DNA from: Thermoguttaceae bacterium
GTDB taxonomy: Bacteria; Planctomycetota; Planctomycetia; Pirellulales; Thermoguttaceae
Assembly (NCBI GenBank): GCA_017652805.1
Contig: JAGCAH010000156.1
Location: forward strand, 1 to 61,320
Reading direction: 5' to 3'
Length of the DNA: 61,320 nucleotides
Part shown: positions 7,997-18,305 of the stretch, in pieces
How the letters are laid out: every line of letters begins with the position of its first letter
Position numbering within the stretch: position 1 is the first letter of the stretch
Translations under genes and position numbers: made by a program
Notes under the pieces: generated by a model
Told to the model about the DNA's origin: nothing
Databases searched by the model: none
The model's input: the letters and a program-made list of their open reading frames with translations, nothing else

Positions 7997-10600
7997 ATGA
8001 TGAAGCCCTTTTGGAAGAATCCAGCCCCGCAAGAGATTTCCCGGCACGCCGGCGCGGTCGTCTTGGCCGCGGGAATTCTTCTTTTTGCGGCCGTTCTTCT
8101 TTTTCTTTTTGGCCCGATCATCTTCGGGAGCGATCAGTTCGCCTACCGCGACGCTGGGTATTACCACATTCCGCTTGCCCGACAGATCGTCCGCGAAACT
8201 TCCGCCGGGCATCTTCCCCTCTGGGATCCCTACGAAAATCTCGGCGTTCCCCTGGCGGGAAATCCCGCCGCGGCGCTCTTCTATCCGATTCGTCTGGCGG
8301 TCTTCGCGCTTGTACCGGAGAGGGTTTCGTTCAACGCGGCGTTTAAGTTTTACGTTCTCTTTCACCTGGCGGCGGCGTTCGGGGCGTTCCTTTATCTGGC
8401 GCGCACGCCCCTCTCCCCCGGCGGGAACGTGAAAGGGACGCGCCCTCTTTGCGGCCCGACCGGCGCGGTTGCCGGCGCGCTGACATGGACGTTTTCCGGG
8501 CAGGTTCTCTTTCAGGTGACAAACGTCCCGTTTCTGATTGGAGCGGCGTGGCTTCCGCTTCTGGTTGGCGCCCTGCTGCGTCTTCTGATCCGTCCGGCCT
8601 TGGTTCCCGGAATCGCCGCCGCGTGCGCGATCGCGCTGATGGTCACGGGAGGGGATCCCCAGACCGCGCTTCTCGGCGCGCTTACGGCGATTCCCCTTTG
8701 GCTCTTCTGCCGGGACGGGAGCGGCTCGATGTTCCGTTCGCTTGCGGCGGCCGTCGGCGCGGTTCTTTTCGGGCTCGCCCTGGCGGCGGTACAGGTTTTT
8801 CCCGCCGCTGAAACCTCGCACGGCTCGAGCCGAACCCGTTCGTCGGCCGAGACGCCCGCCGAACGGCAGGAGACGGAGATGGCGGTTTACAACTTCTCTC
8901 TTCCTCCCTGGCGCGCCGCTGAACTTGTCTGGCCCGGAATCGGCGGCCATGAGTTTCCGTTCAACTCGCGTTGGCTGACCGCCATTCCGGGTGATCGGCA
9001 GATATGGACCCCGTCGATCTACATGGGCCTGTTCTCCCTCTTGGCGGCGGTCTCGGCGCTCCATTTCTTTCCCCGCCGCCGTCGCCAATCCTCTTTTATG
9101 CCGCGGAAGGGACAAGTCTCTCGCGGACGGGTCGCCTTCGTCTTTTCGTGGCTGGCGCTTTTGTCGCTTTTCGCCGCTTGGGGCGGATTCGGGCTCGGCT
9201 GGCTGGTTCGCGCGTTCCATGAGCCGGGGTTCTTTCCGAGCGCACCGTTTCAGCCTGCCGATCCGATCGGCGGTGTCTACTGGCTGATGAAACAAATCAT
9301 TCCCGGCTGGGGCGCGTTCCGCTATCCCGCCAAAATGATGACCCTGACGACCCTCTCCCTTTCGCTCCTGGCCGGGCTCGGGTGGGAAAGGTTTTTCCGC
9401 GCCCGCCGCGCCTCGCGGAGCGTTTGGGTTCTTCTGGCGATTTCGCTTCTCGGAATGGCGGCGCTGCATTTTCTCTGTCCGGAACTGCACGGGAAGTACG
9501 GAGCCGATCCGGATCGCGTGAAAACCCTTTACGGTCCGCTCATTCCCGGCGCGGCGAAGATGTGCGCCGTTTACGCACTGGCTCAGACCGCGTTTTTCGC
9601 CCTTCTTTCGGCGGTTCTCTCCCTTTTGCGAAGATTCCCGATTTCGCCGCGCCGCCGCAGCCGCCTGGCGGCGTTTGTCGCACTTCTTATCCTTGCGGTC
9701 GATCTGGCGGTCTCTCAGAAATGGATGACACAGGGGGCGCCGGAAAAGGCGTTCCGAACTCCCTCGCCGATTGCCGCCGAACTTCATCGGCGCGCCGGCA
9801 GTCGCGCCGCGCCGCCGCGCCTGTATCGCGATGCATTCCTTTATCCCGCCGAATTTCTGAACGATTCCTCGTTCCGGCGTCTCGAAGAGCGGGTCTATTG
9901 GGATCGGCTCACCCTCTTTCAGAAGAACGCCGCAGTCGACCGCGCGGCGAATATCGACGTGCGCGGAACGTTCGTGCCGAGCGGGTATCTTTCGATCTCG
10001 CGCTATCTGCGGAGCGAACTGCGCCGATGGCGGATGACCGGTGAAAAGGGAGCCGGATTCGACCGGATGCTGGCGGCGCTCGGCGCCGATGCGCTCTTGG
10101 TTTCGGCGGGAAGGATTCGGTTCGACGCGGTACCGCGGGGGGGAGAGCGTGTTCATATCGTCCATCGGCCGGAAAGGTTCAAGGCGTGGCAGGATCTGGC
10201 CCGCCATCGGCTTGAAGAGGAACCGCTCGAAGGGGAGTCGGCGGAAATGACGTGTTACGAGCCCGAACGGATTGAGATCGGAGCTCGCCTGACTCGACCG
10301 GGAACGCTCCTGATTGCCGAGCAATACTGGCCCGGATGGCAGGCACGGGTTAAGGAGGAACCGGACGGCCAATTTCGTTCCGTCCCGATCCGGCGGATCG
10401 CCGCCGCGCTGCGTGCGATTGATCTTCCCGAAGGCGTTTGGCGCGTCGAGATGCGGTACCGTCCCGTCTCGCTCCGCGTTGGGACGGCGGTCACCGCCGC
10501 CGCGTTTGTTCTTTTGATTTTGCTTGGCACCTCGGCGTGCCGGAAACCGTCCGGTCCGGCATCTTCCCCTTCGGACAGCCGCGCCGGAACCGACGTGTAA
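7997..10600 (+). CDS. YfhO-family polytopic membrane protein (putative lipid-linked glycan glycosyltransferase)
   Basis: 867 aa with many TM segments. The N-terminal pattern 'FGSDQFAYRDAGYYHIPLARQI....GHLPLWDPYENLGVPLAGNPAAALFYP' is typical of YfhO-like proteins. Large C-terminal soluble region plus a final TM. Confidence 0.7.
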   Translation: MMKPFWKNPAPQEISRHAGAVVLAAGILLFAAVLLFLFGPIIFGSDQFAYRDAGYYHIPLARQIVRETSAGHLPLWDPYENLGVPLAGNPAAALFYPIRLAVFALVPERVSFNAAFKFYVLFHLAAAFGAFLYLARTPLSPGGNVKGTRPLCGPTGAVAGALTWTFSGQVLFQVTNVPFLIGAAWLPLLVGALLRLLIRPALVPGIAAACAIALMVTGGDPQTALLGALTAIPLWLFCRDGSGSMFRSLAAAVGAVLFGLALAAVQVFPAAETSHGSSRTRSSAETPAERQETEMAVYNFSLPPWRAAELVWPGIGGHEFPFNSRWLTAIPGDRQIWTPSIYMGLFSLLAAVSALHFFPRRRRQSSFMPRKGQVSRGRVAFVFSWLALLSLFAAWGGFGLGWLVRAFHEPGFFPSAPFQPADPIGGVYWLMKQIIPGWGAFRYPAKMMTLTTLSLSLLAGLGWERFFRARRASRSVWVLLAISLLGMAALHFLCPELHGKYGADPDRVKTLYGPLIPGAAKMCAVYALAQTAFFALLSAVLSLLRRFPISPRRRSRLAAFVALLILAVDLAVSQKWMTQGAPEKAFRTPSPIAAELHRRAGSRAAPPRLYRDAFLYPAEFLNDSSFRRLEERVYWDRLTLFQKNAAVDRAANIDVRGTFVPSGYLSISRYLRSELRRWRMTGEKGAGFDRMLAALGADALLVSAGRIRFDAVPRGGERVHIVHRPERFKAWQDLARHRLEEEPLEGESAEMTCYEPERIEIGARLTRPGTLLIAEQYWPGWQARVKEEPDGQFRSVPIRRIAAALRAIDLPEGVWRVEMRYRPVSLRVGTAVTAAAFVLLILLGTSACRKPSGPASSPSDSRAGTDV

Positions 10601-10609
10601 AACATGATT

Positions 10610-10646
10610 AAAAAATGGGCGGAAGAAAAACTTCCGCCCATTTTTT
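10610..10646. terminator. Bidirectional intrinsic terminator between convergent YfhO-like gene and mtnA
   Basis: AAAAAATGGGCGGAAG-AAAAA-CTTCCGCCCATTTTTT: a 12-bp stem flanked by an A-run and a T-run. It sits between stop codons at 10600 (+) and 10677 (-). Confidence 0.75.
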
Positions 10647-10676
10647 CCGCGATACCCGCGCTGCGCTTTACGTGTG

Positions 10677-11780
10677 TTACTCGGTTTGAATAAAGCGCCG
10701 GATCTCCCCGGCGTCCACCGGCGTGATCACTCCTTTTTCGGTGACGATCCCACTGACGAGTTCGGCGGGAGTGACGTCGAAGGCGGGGTTGTAGATCTTG
10801 ATTCCGTCCGGGGCGGTCTGTCGGCCGAATCCGCGCCGGATCTCTTCGGGATCGCGCTGTTCAATCGGAATTTGCGAACCGTCAGAAAGGGTCAGGTCGA
10901 AGGTCGAAAAGGGGGCGGCGACGTAGAACGGAACCCCGTGCGCCCGCGCCGCCACCGCGACCGAATAGGTTCCGATCTTGTTGGCGACGTCGCCGTTTGC
11001 GGCGATCCGGTCGGCGCCGACGAAGACGGCGTCGATCTTCTTCCGGCGCATCAGCATCGCCGCCATCGAGTCGCAGATCAGCGTAACATCGATCCCGTGG
11101 GCGGCCAGTTCCCATGCGGTCAGCCGCGCCCCCTGGAGAAGGGGACGGGTCTCGTCGGCGTAGACGGAGATCTTTTTCCCCGCTTCCTGAGCGGCGTAGA
11201 AAACCCCCAGCGCGGTTCCGTAATCGGCGGTGGCGAGCGCCCCGGCGTTACAGTGGGTCAGGAGGGTGTCGCCGTCTTTGATCAGGTTCGCGCCGAACCG
11301 GCCGATCCGGCGGCAGAGGAGACGGTCTTCGTCGTGAATCGTTTTCGCCTCGCTCATGAGGGCGGCGGCGATTCGGTCGGATTCCGCGTCCGGCATGGCG
11401 GCGGCGCGCGCCTTCATCCGATCGAGCGCCCAGAAGAGGTTGACCGCCGTCGGTCGGCTTGTCGCCAGATAGGCGGCCGTCTTTTCGACCGCCGCGATTA
11501 GGTCGCCGCGTGTCGGTCGGTTCGCTCCGGCAAAAAGTGGCTGAATCCCGAGACAGACGCCGTAGGCGGCGGCGATTCCGATCGCCGGGGCGCCGCGGAC
11601 GCTCAGTTGTTTTATCGCCCGCCACACGTCTTCGGAGGTCTTGCACGTCATCAGCAGAAATTCGGCGGGAAGACGTGTCTGGTCGATAAGGGTTAGCCGG
11701 CCGCCGCGCAGCTCTTCGAAGGGAGAAGCGCCCGCGGGGGATTTCCAGGAGAGGGTTTCGTAAGGGGGTTGGGCGGACAT
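10677..11780 (-). CDS. mtnA: S-methyl-5-thioribose-1-phosphate isomerase (eIF-2B alpha/beta/delta family)
   Basis: 'LIDQTRLP', 'VRGAPAIGIAAAYG', 'TSRPTAVNLFWALDR', 'LLTHCNAGALAT', 'VGADRIAANGDVANKIGTY'. Confidence 0.9.
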   Translation of the reverse strand: MSAQPPYETLSWKSPAGASPFEELRGGRLTLIDQTRLPAEFLLMTCKTSEDVWRAIKQLSVRGAPAIGIAAAYGVCLGIQPLFAGANRPTRGDLIAAVEKTAAYLATSRPTAVNLFWALDRMKARAAAMPDAESDRIAAALMSEAKTIHDEDRLLCRRIGRFGANLIKDGDTLLTHCNAGALATADYGTALGVFYAAQEAGKKISVYADETRPLLQGARLTAWELAAHGIDVTLICDSMAAMLMRRKKIDAVFVGADRIAANGDVANKIGTYSVAVAARAHGVPFYVAAPFSTFDLTLSDGSQIPIEQRDPEEIRRGFGRQTAPDGIKIYNPAFDVTPAELVSGIVTEKGVITPVDAGEIRRFIQTE

Positions 11781-11807
11781 TCGATTTTACCGTTTTCCTT
11801 TGTGTGT

Positions 11808-11842
11808 AAAAAAACGCCCGGTCAGAAATCCTTTCCGGGCGT
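11808..11842 (-). terminator. Intrinsic terminator after purE
   Basis: On the minus strand: ACGCCCGG-13 nt loop-CCGGGCGT followed by TTTTTTT. It lies 24 nt after the purE stop, and its T-run ends only 28 nt before the mtnA ATG. Confidence 0.65.
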
Positions 11843-11865
11843 GCGGATCATGAGAAAAAGCCGAT

Positions 11866-12384
11866 TCAGACGTTCTTTTCGGCGGCGATCGCCTCGTTGA
11901 GCTTGGCGTCTTTCCGCGCGATCTTTTCGACCAGCCGCCCGCGGAACGCCGCGAGCTTTTCGATCAGTTCGGGATTGGAAACCGCGAGGATTTCGGCGGC
12001 AAGGATTCCGGCGTTCCGCGCGCCGCCCGAACCGATCCCGACCGTGGCGACCGGAATATCGCCCGGCATTTGAACCGTCGAAAGGAGGGAATCGAGCCCT
12101 CCCATCACGCCCGTTTCGACCGGAATCCCGATGACCGGCAGCGTGGTATGCGACGCGACGACCCCCGCCAGGTGGGCGGCTCCGCCGGCGGCGGCGATGA
12201 TCACGCCCAGGCCCCGCGCGCGGGCGCCCGAGGCGTAGTCGAGGACCTTTTCCGGCGTCCGGTGCGCGCTCATGACGTGCACCTCGTAGCCGATTCCGAA
12301 CTCATCGAGCGCGGCGGCGACCCCTTTGATCTTGGGCCAGTCGCTGTCGCTTCCCATCAGAATACCGACCTGGATGCTGCTCAT
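11866..12384 (-). CDS. purE: N5-carboxyaminoimidazole ribonucleotide mutase
   Basis: '[12 protein letters not shown]', '[10 protein letters not shown]', '[27 protein letters not shown]' are canonical PurE. Confidence 0.95.
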   Translation of the reverse strand: MSSIQVGILMGSDSDWPKIKGVAAALDEFGIGYEVHVMSAHRTPEKVLDYASGARARGLGVIIAAAGGAAHLAGVVASHTTLPVIGIPVETGVMGGLDSLLSTVQMPGDIPVATVGIGSGGARNAGILAAEILAVSNPELIEKLAAFRGRLVEKIARKDAKLNEAIAAEKNV

Positions 12385-12396
12385 CTCGAACCTCTT

Positions 12397-14175
12397 TTAC
12401 TCTTTGCGCATTGTTTTCATCGCTTCGGTGAAGCGGGCGCCGGTTTTCTTTTCTTCGACGATCCACGCGGCGACCTGGGCGGCGGCGGACTCGATCGGAA
12501 CGAGCTGCGCATCTTTTTCCCAGCGCCACTTGACCTCAACCTTCCCTTCGGCGAGTCCCTTGACGCCGATGGTAATACGGAGCGGGAAGCCGATCAGGTC
12601 GGAGTCCTTGAACTTGACCCCGGCACGCTGATCACGGTCGTCGAGGATCACCTCGACCCCGGCGGCTTCCAGTTCGTCGTGGAGTTTTTCGGCGGCGGCG
12701 ACGCTCGCCTCATCGGTCACCTTGACCGGGCAGACGTTGACTTCGTACGGCGCCATGGCGACCGGCCAGATCATTCCGCTTTCGTCGTAACTCGTCTCGG
12801 CCAGACCGGCGACGATCCGGTTCACGCCGATTCCGTAACACCCCATGATGATCGGCTTTAACGAGCCGTCGGCGTCGAGGTAGTTGGCGCCGAGCGCCTC
12901 GGTATATTTGGTTCCGAGTTTAAAGACGTGACCGACCTCGATGGCGTTGCGGATCATCATCTCCTCGCCGCAGTGCGGGCAGGCATCGCCGGCGGTCGCG
13001 TTTCGCACGTCGGCCCACTTGTCCGCCGTCCAGTCCCGCTCGACGTTGACGTTGACCAGGTGCTTGTCGGCCTTGTTGGCGCCGGTGATCGCGTTGGCGA
13101 TCGCGCGAACCTGAAAGTCGGCAACAATCTCGATCTTCTGGGCCATTCCGACCGGTCCGGCGAAACCGACCGGCGCGCCGGTCACCTTCTCGATCGTTTC
13201 GGGATCGGCCAGTTCAAGGGCTTCCGCGCCCAGAAGACGGCGGAGTTTGTTCTCGTTGACATCGTGATCGCCGCGAACCAGAACCGCCAGAGGTTTTCCG
13301 TCGGCGACGTAGATGAGCGTTTTGATCAGTTTCGCCGGCTTCGCCTTTAAGAACTGACAGACCTGCTCGATGGTATGCGCGTCGGGAGTGTCGAGCTCGG
13401 CGATCTCTTTGAGCGCGATCGACGCGTCGGGACCGGCGGGAGGCTCGCCGCCGATCTCCGCCTTTTCGATATTGGCGGCATAACGGCATTTCGGGCAGTA
13501 GACGATGTTGTCTTCCCCGTTCTGACTCGGGATCATGAATTCGTGGGAGGCGTCGCCGCCGATCGGACCCGATTCCGCCTCTACCGGCAGGAAGGGGACG
13601 CCGCAGCGGGTGAAGATGTCACAGTACGCTTTGTACATCTTTTCGTAGCGCTTGTTGAGCGAATCGAGTTCCGTGTGGAAGCTGTATGCGTCTTTCATCA
13701 GGAATTCGCTCGTCCGGAGGATCCCGAACTTCGGGCGTTCCTCGTTGCGGAACTTCGTCTGAATCTGATAGAGGGTGATCGGCAGCTGGCGGTAACTCGA
13801 AATGTAGCGCGAGACGATATCGGTGATCTCTTCTTCGTGCGTCGGGCAGAAGACGACCGGGATTTTCTTTCCGGCGCGGGGGAGATCGGTTTTGATCAGG
13901 ACGCTGCCGAACGCTTCGACCCGGTTCGTCCGCTCGTAGAGGGAGGTCGGACAGAGGGCGGTCATGAGGAGTTCGACCGCGCCGGTCTTATTGATCTCTT
14001 CGCGGACGATCGTGACCGCCTTCCGGAGAACCCGCAGGCCGAGCGGCAGGTACGAATACGCTCCTGCCATCACCTGTGAGATCATTCCGGCGCGGAGCAT
14101 CAGAATATGGCTCGGAATTTCCGCCCCGTCGGGGATTTCTTTCATTGTCGGAATCAACGTCTGCGACCACTTCAT
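12397..14175 (-). CDS. proS: Proline--tRNA ligase (bacterial type with INS editing domain)
   Basis: 592 aa. '[24 protein letters not shown]', '[25 protein letters not shown]', '[13 protein letters not shown]', '[10 protein letters not shown]'. Confidence 0.95.
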   Translation of the reverse strand: MKWSQTLIPTMKEIPDGAEIPSHILMLRAGMISQVMAGAYSYLPLGLRVLRKAVTIVREEINKTGAVELLMTALCPTSLYERTNRVEAFGSVLIKTDLPRAGKKIPVVFCPTHEEEITDIVSRYISSYRQLPITLYQIQTKFRNEERPKFGILRTSEFLMKDAYSFHTELDSLNKRYEKMYKAYCDIFTRCGVPFLPVEAESGPIGGDASHEFMIPSQNGEDNIVYCPKCRYAANIEKAEIGGEPPAGPDASIALKEIAELDTPDAHTIEQVCQFLKAKPAKLIKTLIYVADGKPLAVLVRGDHDVNENKLRRLLGAEALELADPETIEKVTGAPVGFAGPVGMAQKIEIVADFQVRAIANAITGANKADKHLVNVNVERDWTADKWADVRNATAGDACPHCGEEMMIRNAIEVGHVFKLGTKYTEALGANYLDADGSLKPIIMGCYGIGVNRIVAGLAETSYDESGMIWPVAMAPYEVNVCPVKVTDEASVAAAEKLHDELEAAGVEVILDDRDQRAGVKFKDSDLIGFPLRITIGVKGLAEGKVEVKWRWEKDAQLVPIESAAAQVAAWIVEEKKTGARFTEAMKTMRKE

Positions 14176-14341
14176 AGTACTCTCTCCAAAAGGTCGTGTG
14201 TTAAAGGGAGGGGGACTCGCTTTCCGTCTGAGGTGTCATGGCGATCCGTCTTTTTGAGCGAGATCCCCCTTGAAAGGTCAATCGGCGTGGGGAGCGGAAT
14301 CATTTCCGAACGGATCGGGATGGGCGCTCCGACACGCGGTT

Positions 14342-15265
14342 TTATGAACCGCCTTTCTGCCGCCGCTGGTATTCGCGGCTGGCATACATCAGCGTTTCGC
14401 GTTCGGTCTGGGTAAGGCTCGCCTCGCCGGTCGCTCTGATCTTGCGGAGGATACGGTCGACCTCGGCTTCGATCTGGTCGTCGGGAACCGGTGAGCTTTT
14501 CGGTGTATTCCAGGTATAGGTGGCGTGAGTTTCGGTTCGGGGCGTTTCGTGAAGTTTCAGGTGCGGGTGGCGTTTGGGGAGCCTGAACCGGCTCAGCCGT
14601 AGTCCGGTGAAGAAGTAGAGCGCGGCAAACGCCGCTCCGGCGATATGAACCGAGTGGGCGATGTTGCTCCCGCCGCTGAACGACCCGAAAGTGTCCATCA
14701 AGACATACATCACTCCAAGAGCCCAAGCAGGCATCGGGAGGATCCCGAAAAGGAGAACCTGCGCTTTGGGAAAGTTGCAGGCGAAGAGGATTACGATCGC
14801 CGTAACCGCGCCGGAGGCGCCGAGCATTTCGGCATGGAGCGGAGGCTGGTCGGCACGAACGAGAGAATGACTCTGAACCCCGGTCTGGATTCCCCAAACG
14901 AGCCCCCCGATCAGGACGGCCAGAAGGTAAAAGAAGAAGAATTCCCGCTTCCCGTAGAGCCGCTCGATCGGCGGTCCGAAGAAGAAGAGAACCAACATAT
15001 TCCCGAAAATGTGGTAGAAATTCGACGGGTCGTGAGCAAATCCGTAGGTGATCAGCTCGAACCAATAGACCGGGTGAAAGATCGTCTCGCTGTGCATCGC
15101 CAGGACATGCGTGACCTGATGCCCGGTCGGCGTAAGGAACATATCGACCAGAAAGAGGATCACGTTGGCCATGATCAGCATGAAGACGAGACTCATGCCG
15201 CGCGAGGAGCGTCTCAGGTCGCGGTCGTCTTCGTCCCGGTAATAGTCGCGATCGTAAATTCCCAT
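14342..15265 (-). CDS. Rhomboid-family intramembrane serine protease with C-terminal soluble extension
   Basis: Multi-TM core with 'HIFGNMLVLFFFG', catalytic 'GASGAVTAIV' and 'HIAGAAFAALY', followed by an ~80-aa hydrophilic tail. Confidence 0.85.
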   Translation of the reverse strand: MGIYDRDYYRDEDDRDLRRSSRGMSLVFMLIMANVILFLVDMFLTPTGHQVTHVLAMHSETIFHPVYWFELITYGFAHDPSNFYHIFGNMLVLFFFGPPIERLYGKREFFFFYLLAVLIGGLVWGIQTGVQSHSLVRADQPPLHAEMLGASGAVTAIVILFACNFPKAQVLLFGILPMPAWALGVMYVLMDTFGSFSGGSNIAHSVHIAGAAFAALYFFTGLRLSRFRLPKRHPHLKLHETPRTETHATYTWNTPKSSPVPDDQIEAEVDRILRKIRATGEASLTQTERETLMYASREYQRRQKGGS

Positions 15266-15413
15266 CTTTTACTGCTTGTCGTATGGATGCGGTCGGTGAA
15301 ATTCTTACCCTCTCAATTTTACCGCGGCGGCACGTTTTTTCAAGACGCGCCGCCGCGGGTTCGGGGCCGGTGAAAACGAAATGGAGGAATTCGAAAAAAG
15401 GGAAAGAGACACG

Positions 15414-16268
15414 TCAGCCGAGCCACTCGCCGCCGAAGACCTCGCGGGCCGGACCGGTCATCATCACATGACCGTCCGATTCGTTCCACTCGATGAAAAG
15501 ATCCCCGCCGAGGAGGTGGATCGTGACCGCGCGGTCGGTTTTCCCGTTGAGGATAGCGGCGACCGCCGTGGCGCAGGCGCCCGTTCCGCAGGCGAGCGTC
15601 TCGCCGGTGCCCCGTTCCCAGACGCGCATTTCGAGTTCGGCACGGTCGATCACGCGGACGAACTCGACGTTCGTTCGACGGGGGAATCGGGAATCAATTT
15701 CGATTTGCGGACCGAGCCCGAGAACCAACTCGTCGGTCGGCTTTTCCACGAAAAAGACGACGTGCGGATTTCCCATCGAAACGCAGGTGGCCGACAGTTT
15801 CCGCCCGTCGATTTCAAACGGAACGCTGACCGCCGGGTCCTCGGCGAGTCCCGACGCGGCGCGAAGGAGGGTCGGGATTTTTTCGGGTTCGAGGATCGCT
15901 TCTCCCATATCGACGCGGACGCGCGTTACACATCCGCCCGAGACTTCCGAATAGAGGGTGAGAATCCCTTTTCCCGTTTCGATTGTCAGGGGGATCTTAC
16001 GGCAGATATCGTGGTCGTAGACATATTTGGCGACGCAGCGGATCGCGTTGCCGCACATTTCGCTTTCGCTCCCGTCCGGGTTGAACATCCGCATCCGCGC
16101 GTCGGCGGTTTCGGAAGGGCAGATCAGAACCAGACCGTCCCCGCCGATCCCGAAATGCCGGTCGGCGACCTTTCCGGCGAGCGTCTCCGCCGGTTCAGGG
16201 AGTTTTTCGCGAAAGAGATCGACGTAGACGTAGTCGTTCCCGGCCCCTTCCATCTTGGTGAATTTCAT
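15414..16268 (-). CDS. dapF: Diaminopimelate epimerase
   Basis: '[12 protein letters not shown]' plus both catalytic Cys motifs, '[10 protein letters not shown]' and '[10 protein letters not shown]'. The ATG overlaps the cysA stop (ATGA). Confidence 0.95.
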   Translation of the reverse strand: MKFTKMEGAGNDYVYVDLFREKLPEPAETLAGKVADRHFGIGGDGLVLICPSETADARMRMFNPDGSESEMCGNAIRCVAKYVYDHDICRKIPLTIETGKGILTLYSEVSGGCVTRVRVDMGEAILEPEKIPTLLRAASGLAEDPAVSVPFEIDGRKLSATCVSMGNPHVVFFVEKPTDELVLGLGPQIEIDSRFPRRTNVEFVRVIDRAELEMRVWERGTGETLACGTGACATAVAAILNGKTDRAVTIHLLGGDLFIEWNESDGHVMMTGPAREVFGGEWLG

Positions 16269-17386
16269 GAGAGCGCCCCCTCTTCTACAAGGTCGTCCTG
16301 CTCAATCAGGTCGAAGACGCGGATACTTGTCGGGGTGACGTAGCAGGCGTCCCCCGCTTCGAGACGGAGCTGTTCGCGGTCGACGTGACTGATCTCGGCG
16401 ACGAGGTTTTCGTTGTTTTCGGAAATGAGATCGACTCGGACGTGAGCGCCGGCCGAATGGATGCGTTCGATCTTCGCCGGGAGGCAGAGCCGCCCTTCAA
16501 TCGGTTTGCGGACGATTTCCAGATCGTGCGGACGGACGAAGATCGCTGCGGCGACGCCGTCGGCCCAGTTCTTTCGGCTGACGACCATTTCGGCCGCCCG
16601 GCCTCGGTACTTTCCGATTCGGACCTGCCCTTTCCCCGCCATACGGCCGCGGAACTGGTTCACCTGACCGAGAAAATTCATCACAAAGGCGGTCGCGGGC
16701 TGATGAAAGACGTTGTCGGGCGTGTCGAACTGTTCGATCTTTCCGTTGTTCATGACCGCGACGCGGTCGGCCAGCTCGAGGGCCTCGTCCTGATCGTGCG
16801 TGACGAAGACGCTCGTCAGATGAATTTCGTCGTGCAGACGGCGGAGCCATCCGCGCAGTTCCATCCGGACCTTGGCGTCCAGGGCGCCGAACGGCTCGTC
16901 GAGAAGGAGAACGTGCGGCTCGACCGCCAGGGCTCGGGCCAGGGCGACCCGCTGACGCTGTCCTCCCGAAAGCTGCGAGGGATACCGATTCGCCAGATTG
17001 TCGAGCTGGATCATGTGGAGAAGTTCCATCACCCGCTCGCGAATCTTCTCTTTTGAAAGGCGGATCCGACGCGGTTTGACCGTCAGACCGAACGCGATAT
17101 TGTCGTAGACGCTCATATGGCGGAAAAGGGCGTAATGCTGAAAAACGAAGCCGACCCCGCGGTCGCGAACCTTCTGCGAGCCGACGTCATGCCCGCCGAA
17201 GAAGATCGGCCCGCTGACCGGGTCGGGGACTTCCAGCCCGGCGATGATCCGCAGAAGGGTCGTTTTCCCCGAACCGCTCGGTCCGAGAAGCGCGACCAGT
17301 TCCCCCGTATTGATCCGGATGCTGACATCGTCGAGCGCTTTGAACGTTCCGAACGATTTGACGATGTGGCGGACTTCTATGCTCAT
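16265..17386 (-). CDS. cysA: Sulfate/thiosulfate ABC transporter ATP-binding protein
   Basis: Walker A 'GPSGSGKTT', Q-loop, signature '[15 protein letters not shown]', Walker B '[11 protein letters not shown]'. C-terminal TOBE-like regulatory domain. Lies downstream of cysT/cysW. Confidence 0.9.
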   Translation of the reverse strand: MSIEVRHIVKSFGTFKALDDVSIRINTGELVALLGPSGSGKTTLLRIIAGLEVPDPVSGPIFFGGHDVGSQKVRDRGVGFVFQHYALFRHMSVYDNIAFGLTVKPRRIRLSKEKIRERVMELLHMIQLDNLANRYPSQLSGGQRQRVALARALAVEPHVLLLDEPFGALDAKVRMELRGWLRRLHDEIHLTSVFVTHDQDEALELADRVAVMNNGKIEQFDTPDNVFHQPATAFVMNFLGQVNQFRGRMAGKGQVRIGKYRGRAAEMVVSRKNWADGVAAAIFVRPHDLEIVRKPIEGRLCLPAKIERIHSAGAHVRVDLISENNENLVAEISHVDREQLRLEAGDACYVTPTSIRVFDLIEQDDLVEEGALS

Positions 17387-17407
17387 CTTGGTCTATGCCC
17401 TTTCGCC

Positions 17408-18292
17408 TCAGACGTCGCTTTCCGCGGACGACATTTTCCATTCCGCAAAACATTTTAATACAAGTGTCAGAATCGCCATGAGCGCCAGCAGGGTCGCTAC
17501 GGCGAACGGCGCCGCCGGATCGGCGTATCCCTGATAGAGCGCGTTGATATGAAGCGGGAGCGTGTTCGTCTTCGGCGAGTTCCCGACGACGACCATCACC
17601 GCGCCGAATTCCCCCATGGCGCGGGCGTTGCAGAGAATCACCCCGTAAAGGAGCGCCCAGCGGATATTCGGGAGCGTCACGCGCCAGAAGATATGCCATC
17701 CGCGCGCGCCCAGAACGCGCGCCGCCTGTTCCTCTTCGGTTCCCTGCGCCTGAATGACCGGCAGGACCTCGCGCACGACGAAGGGGAACGTCACAAAGAT
17801 CGTGACGATCACCACGCTCGGCGCGGCGTAAAGGATGCGGAATCCGTGGTCGCGCAGCCAGAGGCCGAGCGACGAGTTGGTGCCGAAGAGGAAAATAAAA
17901 AGAAGCCCGGCGATTACCGGCGAGATGGCGAACGGAATGTCAATGAGCGAGATCAAAACGCTCTTTCCCCAGAACTGGAACTTCCCGATACACCACGCCG
18001 CGCAGAGTCCGAAGATCAGGTTGGCGGGAACCGAAATACAGGTCGCCAGGAGGGTCATCCGCAGCGCGCTCATCGTTGCGTGGTCCGAAACGGCCCGGAA
18101 GAAGAACGCCGCTCCGCTTTTAAACGCCTCGTAGAAGATGGAGACCAGCGGCACGAAAAGAAAGAGGGACATGAAGAGAACCGAAAGGACGATCAGAAGA
18201 ATCCGTACGCCGCGCGGCTCGGTCGTCGACCGGAGAATCGACTTGCGGTGTTCGTTGTATCTTCGGATAATCCGTTTTTCGTCTTCGGTCAT
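17408..18292 (-). CDS. cysW: Sulfate ABC transporter permease CysW
   Basis: The track ORF begins at TTG 18322. ATG 18292 is preceded by an 'AAGGGGG' SD. Six-TM binding-protein-dependent permease, paralogous to the upstream cysT. Confidence 0.9.
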   Translation of the reverse strand: MTEDEKRIIRRYNEHRKSILRSTTEPRGVRILLIVLSVLFMSLFLFVPLVSIFYEAFKSGAAFFFRAVSDHATMSALRMTLLATCISVPANLIFGLCAAWCIGKFQFWGKSVLISLIDIPFAISPVIAGLLFIFLFGTNSSLGLWLRDHGFRILYAAPSVVIVTIFVTFPFVVREVLPVIQAQGTEEEQAARVLGARGWHIFWRVTLPNIRWALLYGVILCNARAMGEFGAVMVVVGNSPKTNTLPLHINALYQGYADPAAPFAVATLLALMAILTLVLKCFAEWKMSSAESDV

Positions 18293-18305
18293 CGCGGCCC
18301 CCTTT

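Noticed and set aside
7490-10372. 960-aa ORF on the minus strand, the longest in the track
   Set aside because: It lies exactly antisense to the YfhO-like gene. The translation is Arg/Gly/Pro/Glu-rich low complexity with no recognisable motif, start context or TM/signal logic. This is the typical open antisense frame of GC-rich coding DNA.
15300-15360. GC-rich inverted repeat CCGCGGCGGC...GCCGCCGCGG between dapF and the rhomboid gene as a terminator
   Set aside because: It has a 10-bp stem but a 17-nt loop and no U-tract on either strand. The evidence is insufficient to call a terminator or regulatory element.
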